DNA from: Candidatus Bathyarchaeia archaeon
GTDB lineage: Archaea; Thermoproteota; Bathyarchaeia; 40CM-2-53-6
Direction of reading: 5' to 3'
Length of the DNA: 64,000 nucleotides
Assembly (NCBI GenBank): GCA_049517415.1
Contig: JBEKSC010000004.1
Span: 64,001-128,000, forward strand
Made by a program: the position numbers and the translations under genes. The notes beneath the pieces were generated by a model. It was not told the DNA's origin, made no database searches, and worked only from the letters and a program-made list of their open reading frames with translations. This document shows, in pieces, positions 50,352 through 61,400 of this stretch (position 1 is the first letter of the stretch; each line of letters opens with the position of its first letter).

Positions 50352-50746
50352 ACTCGAACGTCCTCGTCGCGTACGTTGACCGAGAGCACCCCCAGCATAG
50401 CAAAGTGAGCTCATTGGCCTCTCGTAGAGTCGCGTTGAACCCGACAGTCGTGCATGAAACTTACCATACACTAGTTTTCAAGTTGAAATGGGCGTCAGAT
50501 GATGCTGCGGAAGTCCTCGCGGAGATGCTCGACGACAATCACGTTCTATTCCTAAATCAGACTAAAGACACAACTAGGACCGGCTTGAAATTCGCAGAAC
50601 GATATGCGCTCGGTGGAAGGGACGCGTTAATTTTGGCGAGCTTTGTCAACCCTTCTGTTGCAGAGTTCGAAACCTTCGATAAGGAACTGGTCCGGCTACG
50701 TAGAGTTGAGCATGGTCGCCGCAAACTGATGATTCATTCCGCGTAA
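50312..50746 (+). CDS. VapC/PIN toxin
   Basis: 'IDSNVLVA', 'DALILA', 'TFDKEL'. Confidence 0.9.
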   Translation: MAYHRRDQKHLAIDSNVLVAYVDREHPQHSKVSSLASRRVALNPTVVHETYHTLVFKLKWASDDAAEVLAEMLDDNHVLFLNQTKDTTRTGLKFAERYALGGRDALILASFVNPSVAEFETFDKELVRLRRVEHGRRKLMIHSA

Positions 50747-50968
50747 CTTGCTAATGCTCCTCTTAGGTTGGAAGTTGTATCAGTGGCTACACTAGGCGTG
50801 AAACTCGGATGTTTCAGTCGTTAATTCTCTGGCGAGATCCATTCTTCATCAGGTTCTGGGACGTAGACGCCTTCGGTCTTCTCGTTCATGATGTGACTCA
50901 CCGGGTTGAATGGTCGCTAAGTTGCCTATTTGGGTTAAACATAGTCAATATAAGGCGGTTTACGGGGT

Positions 50969-51583
50969 TTGCATCCTTCAACCTTGTTAACCACAAACAT
51001 CGACCCTAATCCCGACTTTGAGGAATTTGACCTCGACGACCGAGAGCGTGAAGTCTTGAAGCTACTGTCAAGTGAGCAGAATGCACACTTCTCCTTCCAA
51101 GGCTTGAGGAGAAGGCTGGGGTTACACCAGGAAACGCTCACGCGGACCCTGAAACGCCTCGAAGAAGCCCACGTGATCGAACGATCTCCTGAAGGGTATA
51201 AGCTCAGAGGAACGGGAAGCAACTACTCATTCGCAGTTCAAACTAACCAGCTCTTAGCCAAACCAATAATCGACGCGTATCTGCCAAGTCAAGTTGACGT
51301 AACTGTCCTCTTCCAGAAGCTGAGGGGCAGGTGGTTCAGTAACTTCCGTTGGCTCGGCTACTCCCACGACGGCAACCAACTTTCCATGAGCTGGATCAGC
51401 GAAGACGGCCGAATGCAACTTCAAGCTCGCATCAGCAGCGGCAAAATAACCATAGGCGCTGACTCATACACAAATCAAACTGAGTCGGAACAAATCGCCG
51501 CGGCCTACCAACTCTTCGACCATATTACGAAAGTTGCGGAAGAAATGGTGCAACTAGCGAGCCCGGCACCGGTCGCCAACTAA
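50969..51583 (+). CDS. Winged-helix DNA-binding protein
   Basis: 'FQGLRRRLGLHQETLTRTLKRLEE...IER....GY'. Confidence 0.8.
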   Translation: MHPSTLLTTNIDPNPDFEEFDLDDREREVLKLLSSEQNAHFSFQGLRRRLGLHQETLTRTLKRLEEAHVIERSPEGYKLRGTGSNYSFAVQTNQLLAKPIIDAYLPSQVDVTVLFQKLRGRWFSNFRWLGYSHDGNQLSMSWISEDGRMQLQARISSGKITIGADSYTNQTESEQIAAAYQLFDHITKVAEEMVQLASPAPVAN

Positions 51584-51788
51584 CCCCTGACCGAGTCCAA
51601 GCTTTACCAGTCATTATGGAGCAGATCCCACATTGCTACGGTAGGTGCTGAAAGAATGAAAACAACAATTGGCTATGATTCGATATGTCTCGAATCCTCC
51701 GTAACTATTCCGTGGCATCCGATCGAACGTGAACCTAGGCCGCTCGAACGCCCACCAGACCGCGGGCGCTTCTAAGGCATAGTTCCGG

Positions 51789-52724
51789 TTAGATGGCTTC
51801 GACTCGGCTTGCTAAGTGCGGGTCGAGTGGTTCGTTGAATAGTTCGGGATGAATAATGTGGGCCAGGGTCCCTATGCCGTCGAAGAGTCTTGGTCCAGAA
51901 CGGCTAAAGTAGTTGTGCCCGTCCGTAGCATAAACTCGGTCATTTCGCACAGCGTTCAGCTGTTTTGCTTTCGGTTGCTCAAAGAAATACCTGGCCTGTT
52001 CAATTGTTTTGCTTGTTGTGAATCCGCAGGGCATTAGGATGATGACCTCGGGGTCGAACTTCAATACTGAATCCCACTCGATGTATCTGGATGGCTGTCC
52101 ACGTTCGGCGAGCTCATCGATTCCCCCAGCGTACTCAACCATCTCTGGAACCCAATGGCCAGCATTCATGATAGGCTTCAACCACTCTACAGAAAAGACT
52201 CGTGGCCTCTGAACGTTTTCAGTTAACTTTCTAACGGCCTCTGCCTTCTCGTTCAATTTCGCTATCAGTTGCTCAGCTTTCTCAGGGCGGTCAGCCGCTT
52301 TCGCTATGCTTCTGATGTCGCGTTCAATATCGCTCAGTGAGTGGGGGTTGAGTGAGACAACTTTCACCGGTTTCCCGAGCTGGTTAACGGCGGCCAAGAC
52401 GTCCTCCGCTCCAATAGCGCAGACATCACACAATTCCTGCGTTACCACCAAGTCCGGGTTCGCTCTCTTAAATTCCTCAAATTTTATTTTGTATAATCGT
52501 TCCCCGCGCTTCGTGTACTCCATAACCAGTTGGTCGATTCTCTCGCTTTCCAGTTTTCGGGTGTCAAATGCGGTTTCAATCATCTTGGGTTTTCCCTTAG
52601 CGTCGGATGGAAAATCGCATTCATGGGACACGCCAACCAGTTCGCTTCCAAGCCCGAGCGCATAAACGATTTCCGTTGCGCTCGGTAGAAATGAGACGAT
52701 TCGCAAATCTGCTACACCCATCAT
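51789..52724 (-). CDS. Cobalamin/Fe-siderophore-binding protein (BtuF-like)
   Basis: 'RIVSFLPSATEI', 'HECDFP', 'TQELCDVCA', 'FSRSGPRL'. Confidence 0.9.
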   Translation of the reverse strand: MMGVADLRIVSFLPSATEIVYALGLGSELVGVSHECDFPSDAKGKPKMIETAFDTRKLESERIDQLVMEYTKRGERLYKIKFEEFKRANPDLVVTQELCDVCAIGAEDVLAAVNQLGKPVKVVSLNPHSLSDIERDIRSIAKAADRPEKAEQLIAKLNEKAEAVRKLTENVQRPRVFSVEWLKPIMNAGHWVPEMVEYAGGIDELAERGQPSRYIEWDSVLKFDPEVIILMPCGFTTSKTIEQARYFFEQPKAKQLNAVRNDRVYATDGHNYFSRSGPRLFDGIGTLAHIIHPELFNEPLDPHLASRVEAI

Positions 52725-52754
52725 GCACTGAGTTCTCGAATATGATGCGGCTAC

Positions 52755-52967
52755 TTGAAATACTGCACGTTGGCCCTTCCTGACGTGAGCTCTATGCCCC
52801 GAACCATGCGGTGTGAGATTTGCGGGTCAACTTTCTCATGTGGTATGGGTGGCAGCGAGTGTTGGTGCACGGGTATGTCCTTAAGCGATGAAGCGTTGGC
52901 GAGACTACGGACTCTGGCAAAGGATTGCGTTTGTCCAGGTTGCCTGTCCAAGTTCGATGGCGTTTGA
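52755..52967 (+). CDS. Cysteine-rich CWC family protein
   Basis: CEICG..F.C.....CWC...DCVCPGCL. Confidence 0.8.
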   Translation: MKYCTLALPDVSSMPRTMRCEICGSTFSCGMGGSECWCTGMSLSDEALARLRTLAKDCVCPGCLSKFDGV

Positions 52968-53135
52968 ATGTAATGTATGCGGACTTGCGGGCCGACCATG
53001 TGCCTTCTGAGAATTGACTGTTTGTGCCCAGGCGGACAAACTCAATATTTTTCAAGCGCTATTGTCAGGTTTGGTTGTGACACGCAAATCTTCTTAATGC
53101 ATCCTAACCTTTCCGCAACACGTTTGGTGTAATCG

Positions 53136-53525
53136 ATGACTGAAAGACGAATAATCGACGACGCCTCGTTCCCAAACGAATGGCCCAAGAAAGAAGACCA
53201 TGAAGGCCATGAGGTGCGTTGGAAAGAGGGCGTTAGCAAAGAGTACGGCGTGCATGGTGTCGCTGTCGCGGTTGACTTCGACATATGCATCGCAGACGGT
53301 ATCTGCATCTCAGTCTGCCCAGTAAACGTATTCGACAAAATGGACTTTCCAGCTGAGCAGGAGAAGATTGACAAGCAGATTCCGAACGACAGCGGCAAAA
53401 CGCTGCTAGACCGTTGGAAGGCCGACCCGGCCCGAGAACGGGACTGCATCTTCTGCCGGGCATGCGAAATTCAATGCCCAGTGCAGGCGATTAAGATCAC
53501 CGAAGGCGTAGGGCCCTTCGCGTGA
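53136..53525 (+). CDS. Dicluster 4Fe-4S ferredoxin
   Basis: CIADGICISVCP and CIFCRACEIQCP. Confidence 0.9.
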   Translation: MTERRIIDDASFPNEWPKKEDHEGHEVRWKEGVSKEYGVHGVAVAVDFDICIADGICISVCPVNVFDKMDFPAEQEKIDKQIPNDSGKTLLDRWKADPARERDCIFCRACEIQCPVQAIKITEGVGPFA

Positions 53526-53684
53526 TCAACCCCACATTCTTTATTCGGCTTCGGAATGAGTAAAACAGTCTCCACACAAAATCAGACCACCCACCGTACT
53601 CCGACATCGTTTTCAGTCACCTGTCCTCGCAGTTTTTGTAAAACGCTATATCCGTGCTCTGCACATTTCACATAGGGACTAGAA

Positions 53685-53999
53685 TTGCCGATTTTCCTTC
53701 TCGCAGCCGGGGCACTGCTCGGAGCTGCGGCAGGCGGAGCGTTAGGTTACGGCGCGGCGGGGTTAACGGGCGCGGGCGTGGGCATAGGCGTAGGCGCCCT
53801 CGCAGGCTTAGGAGTCGGTGCCGCTGCGTGGTACGCCACAAGGCCGAGGTACTGGTACCCATATCCAGCCTACCCAGGCTACTTCCAAGGCTACCCAGGC
53901 TACTTCCAAGGCTACCCAGGCTACTTCCAAGGCTACCCAGGCTACTACTACACCCCAGTCTACTACCCCGCACGCCGCGTTTTCTACACCTGGGCCTAG
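53685..53999 (+). CDS. Gly-zipper, Tyr/Pro/Gly-rich small protein
   Basis: GxxxG-rich hydrophobic N-half, GYPGYFQ repeats. Confidence 0.75.
   Translation: MPIFLLAAGALLGAAAGGALGYGAAGLTGAGVGIGVGALAGLGVGAAAWYATRPRYWYPYPAYPGYFQGYPGYFQGYPGYFQGYPGYYYTPVYYPARRVFYTWA
53870..53946 (+). repeat. 21-bp tandem repeat, about 3.7 copies
   Basis: ctacccaggctacttccaagg perfect copies. Confidence 0.95.
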
Positions 54000-54296
54000 A
54001 ATAGAGACAACGCACAACGTTGCTCCCGCAACGGAGCTTGGACCTCGACTTACTATAACAGAAGTTTTCGCCCACCGCAAGAATTACGAGAAGTTTCTCG
54101 GGAGAGCCCTGCCATGAACCCTAAGATCACTCTCCGTCCCGGAGAGAAGAGGTAGCAGACTCTCCCAAGAGGACTGCCTCCACTGCCATCAATATTAATA
54201 ATTTACGGGATGCGACGACCCATCAGTTCTGCGAAAGAGAAGTATCACTCGGCGTGTTGCTAACGGATTGGTTTTGGGCGCTCGCAATTTGGTTGA

Positions 54297-54728
54297 GTGG
54301 CCGTCAAGCTTAAAGGTGCAGACGGGGCGCTCGAACTCCGGTTGGCATTTGTTTTGAAACCTGTTCCAGTTTTGGGGACGGTTGTTTTGCTCGGCGCAAT
54401 AGTTCAACTCATTTTAGGTTTTGTGGTCTCCGGCGGAATGGATTCTCTCGTTGGAGTCCACGTACTATTCGGGCTTGTTGGATTGGCCTTGGTAATTGTG
54501 CTAGCTGTCATTGCTTTCAGGGCTAAGACTGCTACCCTATACTCGAAGCTCGCCATGGTCATTCTTACAATCGTAGTTCTGGCTCAGGTGGGCCTCGGTC
54601 TTCAACTGCTAAGCGGAACAGAAAGTCTAATGCTCTCGCATGAGGCGAACGGGTTTGTGGTCGTCATCCTCTCGCTTCTTGTGGGAGGAATAACCTTCTG
54701 GACCGCGAAGAGGAAAGTCAAAGTCTAA
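54297..54728 (+). CDS. Four-TM membrane protein
   Basis: Four hydrophobic segments with intramembrane His residues. Confidence 0.7.
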   Translation: MAVKLKGADGALELRLAFVLKPVPVLGTVVLLGAIVQLILGFVVSGGMDSLVGVHVLFGLVGLALVIVLAVIAFRAKTATLYSKLAMVILTIVVLAQVGLGLQLLSGTESLMLSHEANGFVVVILSLLVGGITFWTAKRKVKV

Positions 54729-54813
54729 CCGACTCAGCGGCCGTTTCCGGCATTAGCTTTATGTCGCTATAGCCCTACGAAGAGTTCTGTGCGGGGTAGG
54801 ACCTTTGGCTTAT

Positions 54814-55008
<195 letters not shown>

Positions 55009-55120
55009 TTTCTGCTAACGCATTCTCTTAGGACCACATCCTGAAGCCGTAGAACCGTATGCTGGTATACGGTATGCGGGATACTCAATACCCAAAACGT
55101 GCTCCATAGAACGACTGAGC

Positions 55121-55354
55121 TTGCCAGAGACAACGGTTACCGAGAAATTTCAGATCACGATTCCTAAAGAGGTGCGAGACGAGATGGATCTTCGCCCGGG
55201 CGAAAAAGTCATAGTTGAAAAGCGCGATACCGACAGCATCTTGGTCCGCCGCCACAGAAGGGTGCGCAACCCGCTCGAGCATCTCATTGGCGAGAAAGTG
55301 TATCATCGAAGAGTTTCCGTTGAGGAACTCGAGGAAAAAATTGAATTGCGATAA
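55121..55354 (+). CDS. AbrB/MazE antitoxin
   Basis: 'VTEKFQITIPKEVR..M.L.PG'. Confidence 0.9.
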   Translation: MPETTVTEKFQITIPKEVRDEMDLRPGEKVIVEKRDTDSILVRRHRRVRNPLEHLIGEKVYHRRVSVEELEEKIELR

Positions 55355-55782
55355 CGGCCCCGGAGAGTTGTATTTCATCGACAGCAACATCTTCCTCTAC
55401 GCTAAGATCATGGACGGAGAGTATGGGGCGGCGTGTGCAGAGGTTCTTCGCAAGATAGAGGATAACAGTATTTCCGCGGGCAACATCTACACTCGTTGTT
55501 CTGGAAGTCGCCAATTTACTAAGAAAGTTTGGACTCACGAAACAGGTAAAGGATGTGGTGGACTCAATCTTCTCACTTGAGCTCAGGATACTCGAAATGT
55601 CAAGTTTTGACGTAAGAAACGCGATCGAGATCAGCCAACGAGTGAACATCAGCCCGTACGACTGCGTCCATGTAGCCGTGATGCAACATGCCGAGATTGG
55701 AGAAATAGTTTCTGCGGACAAGGATTTCGACCGAGTTCCGGGGATTAGGCGGAGAGACCCGAAGGCATTCTCAGCAACCTAA
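55341..55782 (+). pseudogene. VapC/PIN toxin, frameshifted near 55478
   Basis: 'FIDSNIFLY' in one frame, 'YDCVHVA' and 'SADKDFD' in another; extra G in gcgggca. Confidence 0.85.
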
Positions 55783-56034
55783 GAGACTCTTCTATCGCCT
55801 TCGCGTCCAAAATGGCAGTCGACACATCGAACAGACGCTATCGCCCTCAGGAATGAGTCGGTCTACATCTGCAGCAGTTTTCAATATAACAATCTGCATC
55901 CGACACCCGAATGGCACCTCGTTGCAATGTGTCCACGATTAGCTGGACATTTCTGTCATGAGTTCGAATCCCACGAGGTGGCGTTCCAGATGGACCCCGC
56001 CGCTAACCAGCCGGTGCCTTGCGAAACGTAATCG

Positions 56035-57624
56035 TCAACTAACGCGTCTGTCGAAGACCGCTAATCCTCCGAAGAGGCTCTTGAACCAGTCAAGTATCCT
56101 CTGAAGGGCGGCGATGAGATAGTCGTAGGCAGAGGTGGGCTGAGTGTGCGGCGTGTACGGAACCGGAGTGTTCACGGTGCCCTCGTCCCCGTGGACCCAT
56201 CCTCCGCACGCCTGGTATTCGACTGCGGCTGTAAACGTGAGCGTGCCAGAGGTGAGGGCTGACGGCGGGTAGGAGTACATGTACGTGAACGTGGTGGTTC
56301 CCTCCGCGGAGTTCTGCTGCGTGAACGATGACTGATCCTGAGCGACTACCGTGATCCCGTAAGTCAATTCTCTGTGCGAGACGTTATCGAACCTTTCGAT
56401 GGTAATCCTGAGGCCTGTCTGGACTGGGAGCGCATACCTGATCACCAGCGTGATCGTCACATGCCCCGTCGCGTTCGTCAAACCTGCATATCGGGCGGTG
56501 ACCTGGTTGAAGCGCGCGTAGTACTGCGGCCTCGTTATGGTCACGTTGTAGTACGAGGTCCAACCCGGATCAGTCTTCTCCCAACCCGCCCCTTCGCCAC
56601 GATCAAACCAGACGAACCCCTGCCCCGTAAGCATATACTTCTGGACACACGTACCGCTCCCACCGTAAGTCGAGTTCCTGAATGGCGCACGCACCGTAAA
56701 CGTGTAATCCCTCGTCCCCGACCCAGACGACTTCACATTATCCACCTTATCCTCAGAGGACGGCTGAGTCTGATTATTCCGGTGGCTCACCTTCAACGTA
56801 GCCGACCCGGGGAAATGATAGGAAACATGGATAACCACACTGAACTGATCACCCTCACTCACAGCCAGGGGCGAAGTAGTGATGCTCTGAATCACCGCGT
56901 AGTAGGCCTGAACATCGAACCTGATCTCCGCAAAATCGCCCTGCGGATACGGATTCGCGTCATTGAATTGATTATTCGGGTCCACGATGCAGGTCAACGT
57001 ATGCATCCCCTTCGTGGCCGTCCAAGTCTGAGGCACCGTGAGATCCTGCGAACTAGGCTGAGGCGCGAACGTTAAGGAACCAGTGTAGTACGGCGCCTGA
57101 TCCAGTAGGCAGGCCACCTGAACCGTCATCGACTGCGGACTATTCGTGCTCACCAAGGCGATGGTCGTGTGGAATGTCACCTTGTCCCCCTCACCCGGCG
57201 CCGCAGGATTCAACCACACCTTCACCACATTCCAATCGGTGATGATGGGCTGGACCACCTCGTAGTTCACAGAGGCTGTATCCATGACGACGCGGGATCC
57301 TTCCCGCGTTTGACCGTAAAGGGTGAGTGTTAAGGTGTAGGTGCCGGGGGTTGAAGGTGCCGTAAGCGTCATCATCAACGCAATCGTCCCGGAGCCGGAG
57401 ACGGCCACCTGATTCGTGTTATACGGTGGGCTCTCAATCCAGAGATAGTACGAGCCGAAAATGCTGTATTGGACGCCGATCGTGAGCGAGTAAGTTTCGC
57501 TCGTGTAGACCTGGTAGGGGCTTGGAGGGATGATCTTCGCCTGCGCCCTTCCCTGCGCCGAGACCGGCCCCGTCACCGCTCCTAGGGCCAGGAGGATGAA
57601 GGCGACCGCGCAAACCTTCTTCAT
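56035..57624 (-). CDS. Secreted CARDB/Ig-domain protein
   Basis: Signal peptide, 'WTATKGMHTLTCIVDPNN'. Confidence 0.8.
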   Translation of the reverse strand: MKKVCAVAFILLALGAVTGPVSAQGRAQAKIIPPSPYQVYTSETYSLTIGVQYSIFGSYYLWIESPPYNTNQVAVSGSGTIALMMTLTAPSTPGTYTLTLTLYGQTREGSRVVMDTASVNYEVVQPIITDWNVVKVWLNPAAPGEGDKVTFHTTIALVSTNSPQSMTVQVACLLDQAPYYTGSLTFAPQPSSQDLTVPQTWTATKGMHTLTCIVDPNNQFNDANPYPQGDFAEIRFDVQAYYAVIQSITTSPLAVSEGDQFSVVIHVSYHFPGSATLKVSHRNNQTQPSSEDKVDNVKSSGSGTRDYTFTVRAPFRNSTYGGSGTCVQKYMLTGQGFVWFDRGEGAGWEKTDPGWTSYYNVTITRPQYYARFNQVTARYAGLTNATGHVTITLVIRYALPVQTGLRITIERFDNVSHRELTYGITVVAQDQSSFTQQNSAEGTTTFTYMYSYPPSALTSGTLTFTAAVEYQACGGWVHGDEGTVNTPVPYTPHTQPTSAYDYLIAALQRILDWFKSLFGGLAVFDRRVS

Positions 57625-57673
57625 TCTTCCACTCCACTCCAACCCCGTCAATCCTGCAGCCACCCCACCAAGA

Positions 57674-60424
57674 TCAAGCGTGGGCGTCTCCAGTCTGCTT
57701 GGTCCCGCACTTCTCGCAATACTCGTCACCCGGCCTAAGCCTCGTCCCACACTCGATGCAGAAGGCTCCTGCGCGGTGGGCTCTAAGCCTCCTCACCGCC
57801 AACACCACACCCACAACCACCACGGCAACAATCGCGGCCAGGATCCCCATCGCAAGGTAATTCACCGTCGCTTCTGTGGACTCTGGGTTAGCAAGCTGTC
57901 CCTGCACCAGCACCGTAGCTGAAACCTGCTTACCTTCAACCCCCGAACCAGTCACTGTTATACTGTAGTAGCCCGACGCAGCATCCTTGCTCAACTGCAC
58001 GGTCAATGTTGACTGCCCATTCGGAGCCAACGCGCTTGGATCAAACTTGGCTGTGGAGTTAGGAGGCAGATCAGAGGCTTCCAGGTTCACAAGCTGCCCA
58101 TAACCCGAATTGGATGCCACGGTGACGTTGAAGGTCGCGGTCCCACCCGGACTCGCCTGAACCGTATCCGGAGCCACAGCCAGCGAGTAGTCCGGCCCAC
58201 TCGTGACATCGAGCACCAAGGACGCATATCGCGCAATCCCAGCCGCCGTAGCGTTGATGGTGAGCGGATACGAACCCGCAGGCACCGTGCTCGCCGCGGT
58301 CACAGTCAGCGTGGACGTGAACCCGGGCATGCCGGATGGTGGGGTGAAGTAGTACGAGACCCCAGCTGGGGCTCCCTGAAGATCCAGTTGAACTGTCTGA
58401 GGCGTCCCAGAGGTCGAGTTCACAGTCACCGTGTACGTGGCAGGGGCGTCAATGGTCTGCTCCATCGGAACCGCCGTCACGTAGAAGTCAAACGCCCCGC
58501 CAGGCTGCGTCTGCCCCGGAGGAGGCTGCGGTGGCGTCGATGTAACATTGAACGTGGCCTTCATCATATTATTCGCTCGGTTGGGGTCGTTAAACTGCAT
58601 ATCCGGATCCACAACCCAACTAACCGTATGCTGACCCAACGTGGGCGTCCAGGGAGGAGAAGAAACCGACAGGAAAGCCATCCCAGGCTGGTAGGTAACA
58701 TAACCCTTCAACTGCTCCACCCCATCAATCGAGTAGGCGACCGCGACGGTCTGCGGCAACGGGGAACTCGTCGTAACCCCCACCTGAGCTGTGAACGTCA
58801 CATTCGAACCCAACGACGGGTTCACAGGGGAGATGGAAACCCCCGTAATCGCCCAATCATAATTCCCACCAGGCGGCCCTCCACCACCAGGCCCTCCCCC
58901 AGGCGCTCCAACAAGGTTCACATGGAATATCCGCGTGCCAAGCTGCGGGGTGGTGCCGGTGGTGAGGGCCTGGGCTTCTAGACCCCACGAGCCCGTGTGT
59001 GGAGGTATCTCAGCCGCTGGAACCTGAATTGCCACGGTTTGCGAGCCGTCTCCGCCTTGAGGGAGAGGAGGCAGAAGTTGGGAGGCGAGACCAAGATTGA
59101 AGCCGTTGAGATTGTATAGCATTAGGAAAATTTGGGAGCCTTGAGGAAGATGCCATTGAAGCTGCAACTGCACGTTAAAGGGGCTTCCCAACGCCACATC
59201 CTGCGTTGGAGGCGTCGGCGCACTATTCACCTGAACAGCGACTATATCGCAGAACATTGAGAGCAGGTTAGGGTCGTTAGTCACCTGTGAACCCGAATCA
59301 AAAGTGTCGTAGACAGGTGGTGCGGTGCCTGACACGCTGAGTTCCGCAGTTATGGTGTACCAACCTGTGGTTGAAGGCGCCATTATGTTGAACAGCAGGC
59401 TGAACCCACCTTTTCCTTTCCGATTTGGCAAAGTCCGCGTAGTCATGGGAATGACACCACTACTATCCTTGATATCGATCACAAGCGTTCCAGTACTGCT
59501 CCCCGGAAAGATGTACTTCCCTACCAGCCTCACTGCAAAAGTGTGTGACGGCTGCACAAAGGATTGGGCTCCCGACTGATCCTGAGCGAATGCAGCCCAC
59601 GGACTATTCCTATCCTTGACAGGTATTTCTAACGAAACCGTATCCACCAGAGGCGCGTGACCAGGTGCGTCAACCTCGTATTTGATGTCCCAATGCCAAT
59701 CCGCCATGGGATTGGGTGGAGCATCCCCACCCCCAAAAAACATGGGGGTTTGTGAGTAAGATTCATCCTGTGGAATTGGAACTGGGGCTGGATTTTCGGC
59801 CACATTCACCCACCCATCCGGTTCTAGAGACATCAGTTCTGACGCGGTGTATGATGGAGGGGAGTTTCTGAAGGTCTCCTTCAATGTCGAACCGGCCGTT
59901 ATACAAATATCCTCTGTGCCCTCTATGAAGAAAGGCTGTTCAACGCTTAACTCGTTCTGGGGGTTTCCTTGCACATCAACTACGTGGGCGTTGGTTATTT
60001 TGATGTAGGGCTCAGCGTCAGGTTTTACGATGGTTATGAAGAAATCGTATTGGGTAACCAAATTTGATAACCAGGTCACCCCTGCCTGTAGGTGCCAACT
60101 GAACTTTCCCGACGGATCCCACTCATTTGAGTTTGGCGTATAGGCTTGCAGGATAGCAGGTTGCACGCCAAATGTTCCGGATGCCGGAGACTGCTGACTT
60201 GAGCTGTAACTGCCATGTACCGTCGTGCCTGGAGCCCCATTGACTTCCTTCACCCACACGTCCAGAGCGAATGGACCAGAGCTCTGATAAGTGCCGTGGA
60301 TGGTAACCAAGAAAGTATCTCCTGGTCTAGTTTCGGAAGGGGAATCAACTGAGGTGATGCTGACCGTTAACGCTCCTTGAACTGGTCTAAGATTCAATCC
60401 CAAAACGATTGGGATTAGGAGCAT
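57674..60424 (-). CDS. Large membrane-anchored CARDB/Ig protein with C-terminal double zinc ribbon
   Basis: 'GQHTV..VVDP......NRANN', TM helix, CIECG...CEKCG. Confidence 0.85.
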   Translation of the reverse strand: MLLIPIVLGLNLRPVQGALTVSITSVDSPSETRPGDTFLVTIHGTYQSSGPFALDVWVKEVNGAPGTTVHGSYSSSQQSPASGTFGVQPAILQAYTPNSNEWDPSGKFSWHLQAGVTWLSNLVTQYDFFITIVKPDAEPYIKITNAHVVDVQGNPQNELSVEQPFFIEGTEDICITAGSTLKETFRNSPPSYTASELMSLEPDGWVNVAENPAPVPIPQDESYSQTPMFFGGGDAPPNPMADWHWDIKYEVDAPGHAPLVDTVSLEIPVKDRNSPWAAFAQDQSGAQSFVQPSHTFAVRLVGKYIFPGSSTGTLVIDIKDSSGVIPMTTRTLPNRKGKGGFSLLFNIMAPSTTGWYTITAELSVSGTAPPVYDTFDSGSQVTNDPNLLSMFCDIVAVQVNSAPTPPTQDVALGSPFNVQLQLQWHLPQGSQIFLMLYNLNGFNLGLASQLLPPLPQGGDGSQTVAIQVPAAEIPPHTGSWGLEAQALTTGTTPQLGTRIFHVNLVGAPGGGPGGGGPPGGNYDWAITGVSISPVNPSLGSNVTFTAQVGVTTSSPLPQTVAVAYSIDGVEQLKGYVTYQPGMAFLSVSSPPWTPTLGQHTVSWVVDPDMQFNDPNRANNMMKATFNVTSTPPQPPPGQTQPGGAFDFYVTAVPMEQTIDAPATYTVTVNSTSGTPQTVQLDLQGAPAGVSYYFTPPSGMPGFTSTLTVTAASTVPAGSYPLTINATAAGIARYASLVLDVTSGPDYSLAVAPDTVQASPGGTATFNVTVASNSGYGQLVNLEASDLPPNSTAKFDPSALAPNGQSTLTVQLSKDAASGYYSITVTGSGVEGKQVSATVLVQGQLANPESTEATVNYLAMGILAAIVAVVVVGVVLAVRRLRAHRAGAFCIECGTRLRPGDEYCEKCGTKQTGDAHA

Positions 60425-60869
60425 GATCAGGACTAGTGACGCGCGCAGGTTGATAGGAGAATGAACGTGCAGGCGAGAACACCCGCGTGAAAAATTGTCT
60501 CGTACTAGATGATAAAACTTTGCAGCTTACGTACTTTTAGAATTCATATTGAGCGCGGTGCTCGCGGTGACTCATGACGTATGACTTATCCTTTGGGATT
60601 TTCCGTCCAGAAAATCATAAGATGCCAAATCCGTAAACGGATGGTGGCGGCTCCATAATAGTGGCTTGGATCAAGACTAGCATGGTCATTCGAACGGTTT
60701 GATCGCACATAACATTAGACGTTATTCATTGACTAGTTCAGATTGCGAGCCGCAAAAAATCGAAGTGATTGGCTGCAAAGTGTTTTATCTCAAATCATAC
60801 GATAACTTCTGATTCGAGAATACTTTTGGCAGGGAAGCCAGACTCTATGGGATGAGGAGATTCTAGGGC

Positions 60870-61337
60870 ATGGTGGTTCTAAAGAGAGTTGGCGTTATGT
60901 CCGTGGCGAAGATCTTCGCGGTCCTTTCAGCGATAGTTGGGTTGATCGAAGGAATCGTGCTTGCGGGTGTTGGAAGCATGATGGGTGACATGCTTATGCA
61001 AACACCTGTGGGAATTCTCGGAATGCTCGGAGTGTTCGGATACACCGCCATCATCATGTTCCCAATAACTGGCGCCATATCAGGATTCATTGGAGGAGCC
61101 ATCGGCGCCCTCCTGTACAACCTCGTTGCGGGTAGGATTGGCGGAATAGAAATGGACTTGGTGCAAGCTGCCGGCACCCCACTCCCGACCCCACCTGCAA
61201 CTTTTCCCACAGCCGCACCCGTGGCGACGGCTCCCCCCGCAGCAGCCGCGGCTCCCGCGAAGTTCTGTTCAAGTTGTGGCGCGAAGATTTACGCGACCGC
61301 AAAGTTCTGTGGAAAATGCGGAGCCAACCAGGCGTAG
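60870..61337 (+). CDS. Membrane protein (DUF3566-like) with zinc ribbon
   Basis: 'V.SVAKI', 'LYNLVA..IGGIE', CSSCG..CGKCG. Confidence 0.8.
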   Translation: MVVLKRVGVMSVAKIFAVLSAIVGLIEGIVLAGVGSMMGDMLMQTPVGILGMLGVFGYTAIIMFPITGAISGFIGGAIGALLYNLVAGRIGGIEMDLVQAAGTPLPTPPATFPTAAPVATAPPAAAAAPAKFCSSCGAKIYATAKFCGKCGANQA

Positions 61338-61400
61338 AACCCTAGGAATGAATCGGGTTCGGTTGGTTCCGGAAGGAAGGAGAAGCGGAAGGGAGATCAC

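Noticed and set aside
53870..53946. CRISPR array
   Set aside because: Head-to-tail repeats with no spacers, inside a CDS
55960..55975. gttcgaatccc as an attR copy of the tRNA 3' end
   Set aside because: Only about 11 bp match and no integrase nearby
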